DNA of 64,000 nucleotides from Candidatus Zixiibacteriota bacterium (GTDB taxonomy: Bacteria > Zixibacteria > MSB-5A5 > GN15 > JAAZOE01). Location of the stretch: contig JBDREQ010000003.1 in assembly GCA_043819555.1 (NCBI GenBank), positions 1-64,000 on the forward strand, written 5' to 3'. Shown here in pieces: positions 1 to 10,504 of this stretch. Both the position numbers and the translations under genes were made by a program. Every line of letters starts with the position of its first letter. Within the stretch, counting starts at the first letter, position 1. The notes below the pieces were generated by a model. That model made no database searches and was not told the origin of the DNA. It saw only the letters and a program-made list of their open reading frames with translations.

Positions 1-1052
1 CGTATAGCCAGGAATTTCCCGGACATCACAAAGGATACGAATATTCACGGACCGATAATCCCACCCGGACTGCCTATCAGCGCGCCCTGGCAGGTATTGA
101 AGGGGCCAATTATGGACTGGCTTTTGCCTCAGGGATGGCGGCCGTCGATACCATTCTGAAAACCTTCCGCCCCGGCGATCATATAATTGCAGGAGATGAT
201 CTATACGGAGGAGTTTATCGCTTATTCTCGACCCTGTATGAGCCCCTTGGGATTGAGTTTGAGTACGTTGATATGTTCGGTGATTTCAATTTAGAACCGC
301 ATTTAAAAACAAACACCAAAATGGTTTGGATGGAAACCCCCTCGAACCCGCTCTTGAAAATCGCCGATATTGAGAAAATTTCAATAGTTACAAAAGCACG
401 CAAAGTACCATTGGTAATAGACAATACATTTATGTCACCGGTTATTCAGCAGCCATTACAGCTGGGCGCCGATGCTGTCGTACATTCAGCAACCAAGTAT
501 ATCGGAGGTCACTCCGATACGGTCGGAGGCGCTATTATTACCAATGATGAACAGTTGTATATCAAATACAAAACATTGCAAAACTCGGCCGGAGCGGTCC
601 CGGGTCCTTTTGATTGTTTTATCGCTCACCGGGGATTGAAAACTCTCGATTTGCGCATGAATAGGCATTGTCAAAGCGCCTTGAAAATCGCCAACTGGCT
701 GCAAAAGCGCAAAGATGTTAAAAAAGTTATATATCCTTTTCTTGAAAGCCATCCTCATTATGAGATTGCCCGACGCCAAATGTCAGGCGGGGGAGGCATG
801 ATCTCATTTGAAATTTCCGGCAATCGGGAAAAGGCGCTCGAAATCGTTTCCAGAACCGAATTATTCTTATTGGCCGAATCCCTTGGCGGGGTAGAATCAT
901 TGATTGAGCATCCCGCGGTCATGACGCATGCCTCCATACCCAGGGAGATAAGAGAAGCCAAGGGATTAAATGATCGCCTGATTCGGTTGTCGGTCGGGAT
1001 CGAAGATGCCGATGATTTAATAGAGGATTTGGATAAGGCTCTCGGAAAATGA
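1..1052 (+). CDS. Cystathionine gamma-lyase/gamma-synthase family PLP enzyme (5' end outside window)
   Basis: Frame is open from position 3 (YEYSRTDNPTR...AFASGMAA); motifs ETPSNP, DNTF, HSATKYIGGHSD (PLP Lys), AESLGGVESL. Confidence 0.93.
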   Translation, partial: YSQEFPGHHKGYEYSRTDNPTRTAYQRALAGIEGANYGLAFASGMAAVDTILKTFRPGDHIIAGDDLYGGVYRLFSTLYEPLGIEFEYVDMFGDFNLEPHLKTNTKMVWMETPSNPLLKIADIEKISIVTKARKVPLVIDNTFMSPVIQQPLQLGADAVVHSATKYIGGHSDTVGGAIITNDEQLYIKYKTLQNSAGAVPGPFDCFIAHRGLKTLDLRMNRHCQSALKIANWLQKRKDVKKVIYPFLESHPHYEIARRQMSGGGGMISFEISGNREKALEIVSRTELFLLAESLGGVESLIEHPAVMTHASIPREIREAKGLNDRLIRLSVGIEDADDLIEDLDKALGK

Positions 1053-3508
1053 ATGATGATTCGAAACAAATTGATATCGATATTGACGAGGATAGTTCAT
1101 TTGTTCATGCCGATAAATTGCACCTTCACATCGCAAATCTATCCGGCATCGAAAATGTGCGTGTTGATACCGAAAAAAGGAAAATCACATTTCTAACCCG
1201 GGCTGGTGAAAAATATAACGATAATATCAATCGTGTTCTTGATGAAATCAATCGCCTGGGGCTGAAAACAAAGATGGCCCATGAATCGTTTGAAATATTT
1301 GACATGCATTGCGCCGGATGCGCCGCGACCATCGAAAACGGCCTTAAGAAAATCTCCGGAATTATCGATGCCCGTATTAATTTCGCGACCCAGACCGGGG
1401 AGGTCGATTTTCTCGAAAGCTCGTATTCGGGCAAGCGCCTAATCGAAGATATAAAAAAAATTGGTTATGATGCCGCATACCTTGACAGCAAGAAAGATAA
1501 TTCACTTCAGGTTCAAAAATCTCGACGTGAATTAATCATCGCGATTGTTTGCTCGTCTTTGATTTTCGCCCTGCATTTTGGCCAGCACGCACTGGACTTA
1601 TTCAGTCTTCCTTTTGCGGCGGCCGTTATAATTCAATTGGTTTTGGTTCTACCGGTCGTGTTTTCGGGGCGAGTTTTTTTCATTGATGCCTATAATCAAT
1701 TCCTTCATAAACGGGCCAACATGAACAGCCTTATTGCTCTTGGCTCTGGCAGTGCTCTTATATATTCTCTTCTGGTGAGTTTGCGCTACTTTCTTATCAG
1801 TGATGTGGGACCGTCGCCTGTTTATTTTGAGACTGCCGCGATGATTATAACCTTTGTTATGATTGGCCGGTATCTTGAGGCGAAAGCGACCCACGAAGCC
1901 CGCGACGCCGCTTTGGGAATGGCTACTCTGCTCCCGCGCCAGGTAATCCGTATAAATGAATCTGGTGAGGAGATAATAATACCGCTTGATGAACTCAAAA
2001 TCGGTGATACTGTTCTTATCCGGGCCGGTCAATCCATCCCAGCTGACGGCGTTATAATCACAGGAGAGGCATCAATTGACGAATCTCTTCTAACCGGTGA
2101 ATCCCTTCCGCTCGACAAAAAGGCCGCGGATAAAGTAATCGGCGGCACGGTGAATACCACCGGCGGTTTCAAAATGATGGTAACTAAAGCCGGCAGCGGA
2201 ACCGTACTTGAGAGAATGATTCGAATGGTCAGGGAGGCTCAGGGAAAGAAGGCTCCGATACAGAAAATGGCTGATAAAGTCGCCGGAATTTTTGTACCCA
2301 TTATAATCATAATATCGTTATTAACGATGACGCTCTGGCTTCTCTTAATGCCCGGTTCCTCAATGGCGCTGACCGCCCCGGTAGCGGTTTTATTGGTAGC
2401 TTGTCCCTGCGCTCTGGGTTTGGCGACACCAACCGCTATTCTGGTAGCGACCGGGCGAGCGGCTCGACTTGGTGTGCTATTTAGGGACGGAAATATTCTT
2501 GAGAGATTTTCGAAAGCTAATTGCTTTGTCTTTGATAAAACAGGAACGATAACCCTGGGTCATCCAATCGTCGAAAAAGTAATTGTCGCCGAAACAGTCG
2601 GTGAGAGAAGTCTTTCGGAGCAGGAATTGATCCAATGGGCAGCCTCGGCCGAGCGATTTTCCGAACATCCGCTGGCTCAGGCCATCCGAGAACGGGCGCG
2701 TAAAGATGGCAGTAAACTGTTTGACATTGAAGATCATACTTATGTTCCCGGCCAGGGTGTTTCATCACAGATTAAAGGCAGGAAAGTCGTAGTCGGAAGG
2801 ATGGAATATTTAATTGAACAGGGTATGCCGGAAGGATTCGCGGATCAATTTAATAAAACCGATGATAATCAGGCATCAGCTATAATTCACATCACGGTGG
2901 ATAATGAATATAAAGGCTCCATTATTCTCTCGGATGCTGTGAAAAAAGACGCGCCCGAAGTCATCGGCTATCTTAAGGATTTGCAAAACGAACTGATTTT
3001 ATTGACCGGAGATAATTACAAATCGGCCAGGGCGGCCGCCGCCAAGGTTGGCATTAGCCATGTTGAAGCGGATGCCAAACCGAAAAAAAAACTGGCTACG
3101 ATAGAAACTTTGAAACGCACCGGGTACATTACGGCCATGGTCGGCGATGGAGTTAATGATGCGGCCGCCCTGGCGGCGGCCGATATTGGAATATCATTGG
3201 GAACAGGGATGGATATAGCCGTTAAATCTTCGGATATTACTATTACCGGTCAATCTCTTAAAGCAATCCTGACCGCCTATGAAATATCAAAATCAACCCT
3301 GAGGATCATAAAACAAAACCTATTCTGGGCTTTTTTCTACAATATAATTATGATTCCCGTTGCGGCAGGGATACTATATCCGGTCGGAATCAGTATGTCG
3401 CCCATCTTTGCGGCCGCGGCAATGGCGCTATCATCTATTTTTGTGGTGACAAATTCCTTGAGGCTAAAGAAATTCAAACCGGTATCGCCTCGTTCCACTT
3501 CCGCATAA
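1049..3508 (+). CDS. copA: Cu(I)-translocating P1B-type ATPase
   Basis: HMA motif MHCAGC, TGES, CPC, DKTGT, SEHPLA, GDGVND, YN and MALSS (P1B-1 signature). Confidence 0.92.
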   Translation: MNDDSKQIDIDIDEDSSFVHADKLHLHIANLSGIENVRVDTEKRKITFLTRAGEKYNDNINRVLDEINRLGLKTKMAHESFEIFDMHCAGCAATIENGLKKISGIIDARINFATQTGEVDFLESSYSGKRLIEDIKKIGYDAAYLDSKKDNSLQVQKSRRELIIAIVCSSLIFALHFGQHALDLFSLPFAAAVIIQLVLVLPVVFSGRVFFIDAYNQFLHKRANMNSLIALGSGSALIYSLLVSLRYFLISDVGPSPVYFETAAMIITFVMIGRYLEAKATHEARDAALGMATLLPRQVIRINESGEEIIIPLDELKIGDTVLIRAGQSIPADGVIITGEASIDESLLTGESLPLDKKAADKVIGGTVNTTGGFKMMVTKAGSGTVLERMIRMVREAQGKKAPIQKMADKVAGIFVPIIIIISLLTMTLWLLLMPGSSMALTAPVAVLLVACPCALGLATPTAILVATGRAARLGVLFRDGNILERFSKANCFVFDKTGTITLGHPIVEKVIVAETVGERSLSEQELIQWAASAERFSEHPLAQAIRERARKDGSKLFDIEDHTYVPGQGVSSQIKGRKVVVGRMEYLIEQGMPEGFADQFNKTDDNQASAIIHITVDNEYKGSIILSDAVKKDAPEVIGYLKDLQNELILLTGDNYKSARAAAAKVGISHVEADAKPKKKLATIETLKRTGYITAMVGDGVNDAAALAAADIGISLGTGMDIAVKSSDITITGQSLKAILTAYEISKSTLRIIKQNLFWAFFYNIIMIPVAAGILYPVGISMSPIFAAAAMALSSIFVVTNSLRLKKFKPVSPRSTSA

Positions 3509-3511
3509 CAC

Positions 3512-6079
3512 CTATTTCATAATGACGAGTTTCCCGATCTGGTCGCCCATGTCGGAGCGGACATGCCAGATATACATACCCGTCGTAATTGCCTGCGTAT
3601 TGCGGCTGATAACATTCCACGTTTCCTCCTGTGATCCGGGACCGCCATCGGGATAAAAATGTTTTAATTCTCTGACCAAATCGCCGTCAACCGTATAAAT
3701 TCTAATGGTGCATATCGGCGGTAAATTGGCGAAATGAATCGCCCGAGAACGTTCGGCCGATTTCGCGCGATTACGATTTTCATATCCCGCCCGGGCATAA
3801 CCGCCGTCGATCCGATACGGATTGGGAAACACCATCACATTCAAGCCTTCCCGCTGTACTGTTTCGGACGACGGCAGGGGATAGTCGCGCACTGCGTTAG
3901 ACAATGGTGATGATTCCATAACGCCTATTTTGGGATCAAATGATCCCCGATTGAAAGCCGTAACGGAAAAATAGTAAGGTTTTGATGGTTGCAGGTTTTC
4001 AATTGTATATTCGTATTCGTAAAATTTCAGATAACCCTCCAGGGTAGTATCACCTGGGTTATTGCGTGATGCGTATGGATAAACCTTATGAATGCGGCGA
4101 GGATTAGATAGATCGGCATTATTCCAGTTTTGGGCGACGAAATAATAATAAATGTTAGTTTCATTGATATATAGAGCGTGCGCTTCATCATAATATAATT
4201 CAGGGTCGAATTCGGAACCGTAGAGAATTTCGAGGCTGTCGCGGGTCGTTCCCAGGCTGATGCCTTTCCAGATTTTTTCCTTGGGAAAGAATTGAAAAAC
4301 CTTAAAATCATCCCTGTCGTAAGTTTCGACCATAACAAAATCTTGTTCACGATTATTCTCCGCGAAATATACACGGTAACCCTCAAAACCTTTTTCCTGA
4401 GTAAAGAAATCAATATACTCTTCCGAATCCTGTCCATTCCATCGAACCGTCATTTTATCATATTCTGAAATGGTCCTCACAAACGGAGGAGGGGGAGGAG
4501 AGGCGGTTTGAAAATCGGGAATCCCGTCGCCGGTAAAATAACGCTTAAAACAGCAATCCTGGGTTGTATCGGGAGGATGTTCGCCCTCCTGATAACAGGA
4601 ATCCAATTCCTCGCACTTGCATTTCCAGATATATCGTCCCAGATTGCCATCGCCGTCTGTATCCACCCCCGGATTATCAAACGTGAATTTTGCGTTTTTG
4701 GCGTTTTCAAAAAGAGTATTGAAATTCAATCTATTGTAATAGTCTTGCGGTTCGGTAGGATCGAAGTATCTGAAAAAACTCCACGGTACCTTATGCAAAT
4801 TATCGCCGATTAAAAATACAACTGTTATAAAGGTTGAATCACCGGGGTCGATATCGACTGGTCCCGCAGAATATAGCGCCGTCACCTGATGGCCGTTAGC
4901 CAGATCCCGGGCAAAATTCAAAGATGGCGGCGGCATGAAACCATCGCCCTGATGATCAAGCATTGTCAACATCTGATCGTAATCAACTTCCCGATGAGAC
5001 AGCATATAGTATTTGTTTTTATCGCCCGTGGGAGTTCCTATCCCGTTATGAAATTCTCGAAAACCTTCCCAGAGACGCGGCCCAAAATCCGTACTCCAGT
5101 TATAACCGCCGTAATACCAGTTAAAATTAATGCTGTTTGCCTCTTCCGGGAGACGTAAAAACTGAAGGCCGACTGCGGCCGGGGCAGAATTATGATTGTA
5201 CCTCACGTAATTTTCAGGATCGCCGTCATTGTCGGCAAACCACATCATATTAATCGTATCAACGGGAAAACAAGGTTCAGATGAAATCTCCGATGTCTCT
5301 ATGAAGCCAACGACCTCATCATTAGCGCTGATTCCGCGCAAGACATTTCCTCGGAAACCAACCAGGGGAGAAACCTCCAACCCCAAATAAAAAGCCTCAA
5401 TAGTCTGCTCCCCGACGTTTTTTACAGACAAATCAAATATGATGAAATTTCGAGTGAAATCATTGGTCCAGGTATAGCTCTTTTGAGTGACGGAAATATT
5501 GAGCGGTTTATGATAACGATCATCATGGCTATCAACCGGTATTGTGGAAAATGACCATGAATCCGGCATGGTATCGGTGAAAGTACATATTAAATCCAGA
5601 TCCGAAACAGCATCTTCGGCATAATACAAATTTCTCTTAATCGCGGATTTTTTTATCAATTCTCCGCGCCCATCCCAATCGGGAAAAAGCTCAGTCCGTA
5701 TCGTCGTAGACCATTTATTGGAATAAGTTCCGGTAGAAACGAGAGTGTCACCATCAACCACTCCTCCGAACCATAAGTTAATACTGCTTAAATACTCAAT
5801 ATGAGAATTAACCGGGTATTCACAGCTCTTATGCCGAATGATATCGCTGCCGGCGCCCCAAACTCCAAAATTAGTAATGGAGAGATTGATATTATTCATG
5901 TCATTCATGAAATAGTCATAACTGGGGAAAAAAATGTCAGAATTGCTAATTTGAGATGATGCGTTATCACACCTAATTTGATAACAGCAAAAACATGTAA
6001 GAAAAAACACAATTATTAAAGATTTTATATATAGCCGACCCCCCGTAGCGAACCGTTGCTTCATATTGACTATTTCCAT
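3512..6079 (-). CDS. Large secreted protein with Fn3-like region and C-terminal FlgD/T9SS-like sorting domain
   Basis: 855-aa ORF; hydrophobic N-terminus; EGYRVY...YYFSVTAF Fn3-like segment; VFPNPY...IRIYTVDGDLVR...GKLVIMK tail. Confidence 0.75.
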   Translation of the reverse strand: MEIVNMKQRFATGGRLYIKSLIIVFFLTCFCCYQIRCDNASSQISNSDIFFPSYDYFMNDMNNINLSITNFGVWGAGSDIIRHKSCEYPVNSHIEYLSSINLWFGGVVDGDTLVSTGTYSNKWSTTIRTELFPDWDGRGELIKKSAIKRNLYYAEDAVSDLDLICTFTDTMPDSWSFSTIPVDSHDDRYHKPLNISVTQKSYTWTNDFTRNFIIFDLSVKNVGEQTIEAFYLGLEVSPLVGFRGNVLRGISANDEVVGFIETSEISSEPCFPVDTINMMWFADNDGDPENYVRYNHNSAPAAVGLQFLRLPEEANSINFNWYYGGYNWSTDFGPRLWEGFREFHNGIGTPTGDKNKYYMLSHREVDYDQMLTMLDHQGDGFMPPPSLNFARDLANGHQVTALYSAGPVDIDPGDSTFITVVFLIGDNLHKVPWSFFRYFDPTEPQDYYNRLNFNTLFENAKNAKFTFDNPGVDTDGDGNLGRYIWKCKCEELDSCYQEGEHPPDTTQDCCFKRYFTGDGIPDFQTASPPPPPFVRTISEYDKMTVRWNGQDSEEYIDFFTQEKGFEGYRVYFAENNREQDFVMVETYDRDDFKVFQFFPKEKIWKGISLGTTRDSLEILYGSEFDPELYYDEAHALYINETNIYYYFVAQNWNNADLSNPRRIHKVYPYASRNNPGDTTLEGYLKFYEYEYTIENLQPSKPYYFSVTAFNRGSFDPKIGVMESSPLSNAVRDYPLPSSETVQREGLNVMVFPNPYRIDGGYARAGYENRNRAKSAERSRAIHFANLPPICTIRIYTVDGDLVRELKHFYPDGGPGSQEETWNVISRNTQAITTGMYIWHVRSDMGDQIGKLVIMK

Positions 6080-6216
6080 ATTTCAAGTGCCGCCACATAA
6101 ATCATACTAATATGTCGGGCAAATATAGGCAGGGTTCGCGATTTTGGCAATAGCTTTTGAGTCTTTTTACCATAAAGAGATATTTAATTTTTAAATCAAT
6201 AATGAAGTGCAAAAAT

Positions 6217-6244
6217 AAAAAAGCCCCCGATTGGCATCGGGGGC
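6217..6244 (-). terminator. Intrinsic terminator of the PDZ gene
   Basis: GCCCCCGAT-tggc-ATCGGGGGC stem with an A-run on + (U-run on -). Confidence 0.7.
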
Positions 6245-6310
6245 CCAGGGTACAATTACAAAAGGATGGAGTTATCGTGATGCTCCTTCTTTACCTATCC
6301 ATAAAGATTT

Positions 6311-7264
6311 TTATTCGAGTTTTTCTTTTATCTTTTTGATCTCTTTCTCGAGTTTCTTAATCTCCTCCCGGAGTTCGTTGATCTCCGAACTCTGATTATC
6401 GAAATGAACATCAAAGTCATCGTCGCCGAACCACCGCAGACCATAATTCTTTGAACCCGGTGCGGGAATACTGATTTGGGGCGGTGAAAATGAATATACT
6501 TCAGGTTCATACTCCGCTATTTCAACCGTCACCGCATATTCCTTTTTATCTCGTAAATAACTTATCTTGGCCTCGTCGCCTTCTTCCTTGGTTCCGATAA
6601 TTTCACGCAATTCTCCAGTCGAATTGACATCTTCACCGTCAATCCCGATAATTACATCCCCGGCTTTAATTCCCGCGTTTTCCGCTGGAGATCCCTCTTT
6701 AACTTCTGCCACGAGAACTCCATTGCCGTCCTCAACTCCAAAATATTCCCCTAATTGGTCATTGATATCCAAAATTCCAACGCCGATATATCCTGACGGC
6801 TCAGAAATAAGTGAATAACCGTAATTGCGAGGACCCTTATATCCCATAATAGATTCATCAAAAGTCGATGATTTGGGTCGATTTCCAATTTTAACGATGC
6901 CTGTTTTTTCATCACCATCTCTCACAAAAACAATGTCAACTTCATCTCCCGCTTCCGTATCCAATACATAATCCCTAAGAGGAGTTGACCCGTCAATATT
7001 CTTACCATTAAATTTAACGATTATATCCTTTTTGCGCAGTCCCGCCTCTTCGGCGGGCGAACCGTCCAGGACATCGATGATAACGATTCCCTCGCTGCGA
7101 GAAAGGTTAAATGCTTCCTCGATATCGTCATCTATTGACTGGGCGTAAACGCCTATCCAGGGGTTCAAACTCCCATCATCCTTGCCGAAAGAAATATTGA
7201 CCGAAAATAATGCTACTGAGAAGAAAGACAGAAGTAAGAGAGTTTCAATTGACTTCCGCTTCAT
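6311..7264 (-). CDS. Periplasmic tandem-PDZ protein without protease domain
   Basis: Signal peptide; two PDZ domains (WIGV...GSPAEEAGL; YIGV...GSPAENAGIKAGDVI); C-terminal coiled coil; AGGAGG SD before ATG 7264. Confidence 0.85.
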   Translation of the reverse strand: MKRKSIETLLLLSFFSVALFSVNISFGKDDGSLNPWIGVYAQSIDDDIEEAFNLSRSEGIVIIDVLDGSPAEEAGLRKKDIIVKFNGKNIDGSTPLRDYVLDTEAGDEVDIVFVRDGDEKTGIVKIGNRPKSSTFDESIMGYKGPRNYGYSLISEPSGYIGVGILDINDQLGEYFGVEDGNGVLVAEVKEGSPAENAGIKAGDVIIGIDGEDVNSTGELREIIGTKEEGDEAKISYLRDKKEYAVTVEIAEYEPEVYSFSPPQISIPAPGSKNYGLRWFGDDDFDVHFDNQSSEINELREEIKKLEKEIKKIKEKLE

Positions 7265-7321
7265 AGTTTTCCTCCTGATGTTATTCAAATTCCGGGACCC
7301 GATGTCCCCATCCAATTGATT

Positions 7322-7347
7322 TTACCATTCTCTACAAAAGCGGTTCC
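7322..7347 (-). promoter_or_regulatory. Possible ECF-sigma promoter of the PDZ gene
   Basis: GGAAC-N17-GTAA on the minus strand about 60 nt upstream of the start. Confidence 0.35.
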
Positions 7348-7735
7348 ATATTTCGAGCTTATTATTTTTGTGAAAATCAGATTGTGATATTTCTTCCAAT
7401 TATTTCCCAGGCCAATAAGGGCTTGTTGATAAACCCAAACATAGTGTTGCGGAAGGTCTTGATTTTGTGACAACAAAATTGTGACCTGATATGTATCAAG
7501 AGCTTACAATTCAAACTACTTTTCAATTCTTTGGGCTATCATCACGACGACACCCTTATCAACACGCCCATTAAAATGGGGCTTCGGCCTTCCCAATAGG
7601 TAATGGGAAATCGCCCATATAATTATTTGTATCGAAGCTTCAAATTTTCGCCCAATTAATAAATGCAGGATAATCATCCGCCCTAATCCATAGATAGATA
7701 AATACTTATGACAATTTTTAGTTTAGCGGCAAGGC

Positions 7736-7752
7736 TTGGCATCGGCCTTGCA
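7736..7752 (+). promoter_or_regulatory. Sigma54 (-24/-12) promoter
   Basis: TTGGCATCGGCCTTGCA, exact GG-N10-GC spacing, 50 nt upstream of ATG 7802. Confidence 0.7.
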
Positions 7753-7801
7753 AAAGGAATCTCGAAATGGTGAATCAATTGAGAGAAAAGCGGGTGTTTG
7801 C

Positions 7802-8014
7802 ATGAAGGTCAAATTTACTCTTACAATGGATGATGTCATTGTTGAAAACCAGCATCTTGATAATATTATCCTTGACTGGGAAGAAGAGTTAAATCAGGAG
7901 GAAATCCTGGAATTATCCCAAAAATGGATAACATCCAAGAATTTTTTGACCAGCCGAATGATCGGCTTGACCCAGGTAGGGGAATCGAGTTTAACAATTG
8001 AGCCGGTGGATTAA
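7802..8014 (+). CDS. Small acidic hypothetical protein (70 aa)
   Basis: ATG 7802 downstream of the sigma54 promoter; protein-like composition (MKVKFTLTMDDV...). Confidence 0.7.
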   Translation: MKVKFTLTMDDVIVENQHLDNIILDWEEELNQEEILELSQKWITSKNFLTSRMIGLTQVGESSLTIEPVD

Positions 8015-8059
8015 GTATTTTTCAAAGTTGGCCGATTATATTTATAGGACAGGAGATTA

Positions 8060-8398
8060 ATGAGTCTGCTATCGAATATAAATAACGATATCATTGCCTC
8101 TCAGGTTTCTCAGCATCAGGAGATGCTCGATCCCATCCGGCAATTTATCGTTGACCAGTTCGGGCAGAACGGACTTTACGCGGCCTATTTTTTGGTGGCC
8201 GCATTAGTTGCGCTCGTAATATATAAATTGGTAAAACTGTCGTTTGATTTGATATTTTTTGTGGTCTTACCGGCAGCGGCAGCGGCATTTATTTTGGGGT
8301 TATTTTTGCCGTACAGCTTTTTCTATCTACTGCCGGTGACCGCCGCAGTGTTTACCCTGGGGCTGATATTGAAAAACGTAGGCCTTTCCAAAGGCTAA
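8060..8398 (+). CDS. Small membrane protein
   Basis: AGGAG SD; about three hydrophobic helices. Confidence 0.75.
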   Translation: MSLLSNINNDIIASQVSQHQEMLDPIRQFIVDQFGQNGLYAAYFLVAALVALVIYKLVKLSFDLIFFVVLPAAAAAFILGLFLPYSFFYLLPVTAAVFTLGLILKNVGLSKG

Positions 8399-8430
8399 CA
8401 AAGCCCCCTTCCCAACCCCCTGTGCGATAG

Positions 8431-8460
8431 AGGCCGGGATGCAATATTCCGGCCTTTTTT
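8431..8460 (+). terminator. Intrinsic terminator
   Basis: AGGCCGG...CCGGCCT followed by a T-run, between convergent genes. Confidence 0.7.
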
Positions 8461-9457
8461 ATTCCTTAATTACCGTGACTTCTCCGGCGTTGAAGGCTTT
8501 TCTATGCCCGCCCGGCAATTCCAATATCAAGCGTCCCTCAATATCAATATCCCGGGCAACTCCCGAAATTACTTCGTCTTTCTGCCCCAGACTGATATAA
8601 CTGCCGATTAAATTAGAATATTTAACAATCCGCTTCCGCAGATTTTTTAGTCCCGACTTTTGATAAATTTGATAATCCTTTTCAAATTGGTATAAAAATT
8701 TCTGCAGCAATTCCACCCGGTGCAAATTTTGTCTTAACTCCGCCCCGACTGAAGTCCCTGTTTTTCGGATATCCTCCGGGAAATCTCCGCGTCGATGGTT
8801 AACGTTAATCCCCACTCCGACAATTACATAATGCACTTTTCCAATCTCAGCCGCCAATTCAGTCAATATTCCCGCTGTTTTGCGGCCATTTATCAGGCAA
8901 TCATTGGGCCACTTGATATTCACCGCAGGCGCGTTGTAATCAGATAATATATCAGCAAGTGCCAAAGCGGTCATAATTGAAAGCCCCGGGGCCATCGTCG
9001 GCTTGATATTGGGATAGATTATAATCGAGAGATAGATGCCCTTCCCGCCGGATGAAAACCATTTTCGCCCCAACCGTCCCCGTCCGCGAGTTTGCTCTTC
9101 GGCGACGACAATAGTCCCTTCAGCCGCCCCTGCCTCGGCCATTTGACGGGCAATCATATTGGTGGATTGGACAGATTGAAAAGCGTGAATGATACGGCCT
9201 ATCTTTTTTGTTCTTAGCCCGCAAAGAATCTCCGCCCGAAGCAGTAAATCCGGCGCCGATTTAAACGCGCAGTGACTATCCTTGCGAGTTTCTATCCGGT
9301 ACCCCGTTTGCCGCAAAAGCTCAATTGCCTCAAGCAGCAAATCTCCATCAATTTCAAGCCTTTTTCTAAGATAGGTGAAGGAATAAAAATAACCCGGTCG
9401 GCGTCGGATGATCGCGATCAGATTATCCGACAGATCATTTAGATTTTGTTTATTCAT
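8459..9457 (-). CDS. birA: Biotin--[acetyl-CoA carboxylase] ligase with N-terminal HTH-like region
   Basis: STN, QTRGRGRLGRKW, KWPND, KTAGILTE, GVGINV motifs. Confidence 0.95.
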   Translation of the reverse strand: MNKQNLNDLSDNLIAIIRRRPGYFYSFTYLRKRLEIDGDLLLEAIELLRQTGYRIETRKDSHCAFKSAPDLLLRAEILCGLRTKKIGRIIHAFQSVQSTNMIARQMAEAGAAEGTIVVAEEQTRGRGRLGRKWFSSGGKGIYLSIIIYPNIKPTMAPGLSIMTALALADILSDYNAPAVNIKWPNDCLINGRKTAGILTELAAEIGKVHYVIVGVGINVNHRRGDFPEDIRKTGTSVGAELRQNLHRVELLQKFLYQFEKDYQIYQKSGLKNLRKRIVKYSNLIGSYISLGQKDEVISGVARDIDIEGRLILELPGGHRKAFNAGEVTVIKE

Positions 9458-10346
9458 CAGTGATAATTTTTAACGAAAAATCGGATGCCGGAGCCGAATG
9501 AGTCAAAGCTCCAACCGAAATATAATCAACTCCTGTGGTCGCTACTTCCGCCACATTGTCCAGCGTGACATTACCGGATGCCTCCAGCAAAACTCCCGTA
9601 CCGTTTTCATGCTCGCGGGCGAAAACAACCATCTCCTTCAAATGCTCCGGCGATTTATTGTCCAATAGAATCCGTTCGATTTTGGCGTCGAGAGCTTCCT
9701 TTAGCTGTTCGAGACTTTCTATCTCAACCTCAATTTCAATAGCAGACGCCTCGGTATGAAAAATCTTCATAAATTTATCCGAAGCCATAAATTCACGGAT
9801 TTCCGACACCGCCTCCGTCACCGAACCGGCCGCCGCGATATGATTATCCTTTATCAATACCATATCATACAGGCCAAAACGGTGATTTTCGCCTCCGCCG
9901 GTCGCGACCGCGTATTTTTCAACGTATCGCAAACCGGGAGTGGTCTTGCGGGTATCCAATATCCGAACCTTGTCCGGCCCCGCCGCTTCAACCATCTTGC
10001 CCGTCAGCGTCGCGATTCCCGACATATGCATCAGAAAATTTAAAGCCGTCCGTTCGCCGGTCAAAATCGAACGCAATCGACCCGAAAGATGCGCCACCCG
10101 GTCGCCTTTTTCGAATTTTTGACCATCTTCAATCAACATTGTGAAATTTATCTGGGGATCGACCTTGAGAAAAGTCAGCTCACACAACGGCAAACCCGCT
10201 ATAATCCCGTCGGATTTGGCGACAATTTCGGCTTCGCCGGTAACCGAATCAGGCACCGTTGCCAAACTGGTAATATCGCCGGCGCCGACGTCCTCCTGCA
10301 AAGCGTTCATCACCTGTTGCAAAAGAATTTTCTCTCTGCTCGGCAT
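9450..10346 (-). CDS. nadC: Nicotinate-nucleotide pyrophosphorylase (quinolinate phosphoribosyltransferase)
   Basis: ALQED...GDITS, ERTALN, DTRKTTPG, HRFGL, IKDNH, EASGNV, SVGALTHS; start codon uncertain. Confidence 0.96.
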   Translation of the reverse strand: MPSREKILLQQVMNALQEDVGAGDITSLATVPDSVTGEAEIVAKSDGIIAGLPLCELTFLKVDPQINFTMLIEDGQKFEKGDRVAHLSGRLRSILTGERTALNFLMHMSGIATLTGKMVEAAGPDKVRILDTRKTTPGLRYVEKYAVATGGGENHRFGLYDMVLIKDNHIAAAGSVTEAVSEIREFMASDKFMKIFHTEASAIEIEVEIESLEQLKEALDAKIERILLDNKSPEHLKEMVVFAREHENGTGVLLEASGNVTLDNVAEVATTGVDYISVGALTHSAPASDFSLKIITDE

Positions 10347-10504
10347 AAATTCTTGATACGGTTTATTGGCCGGTTTGTCAATTATAATCAAATTTGAAAA
10401 AATCGGTTTGGGCCCGGCAATTTACTGACTATATTCCATTCACGAAAGAGGTTTGATGAAGATATCCTGGATGTGTCTTTGCAAAGAAAACAGTAGAAAG
10501 CAAC

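Noticed and set aside
7736..7801. TTG start for the 92-aa ORF
   Set aside because: The TTG lies inside the sigma54 promoter; ATG 7802 is more plausible
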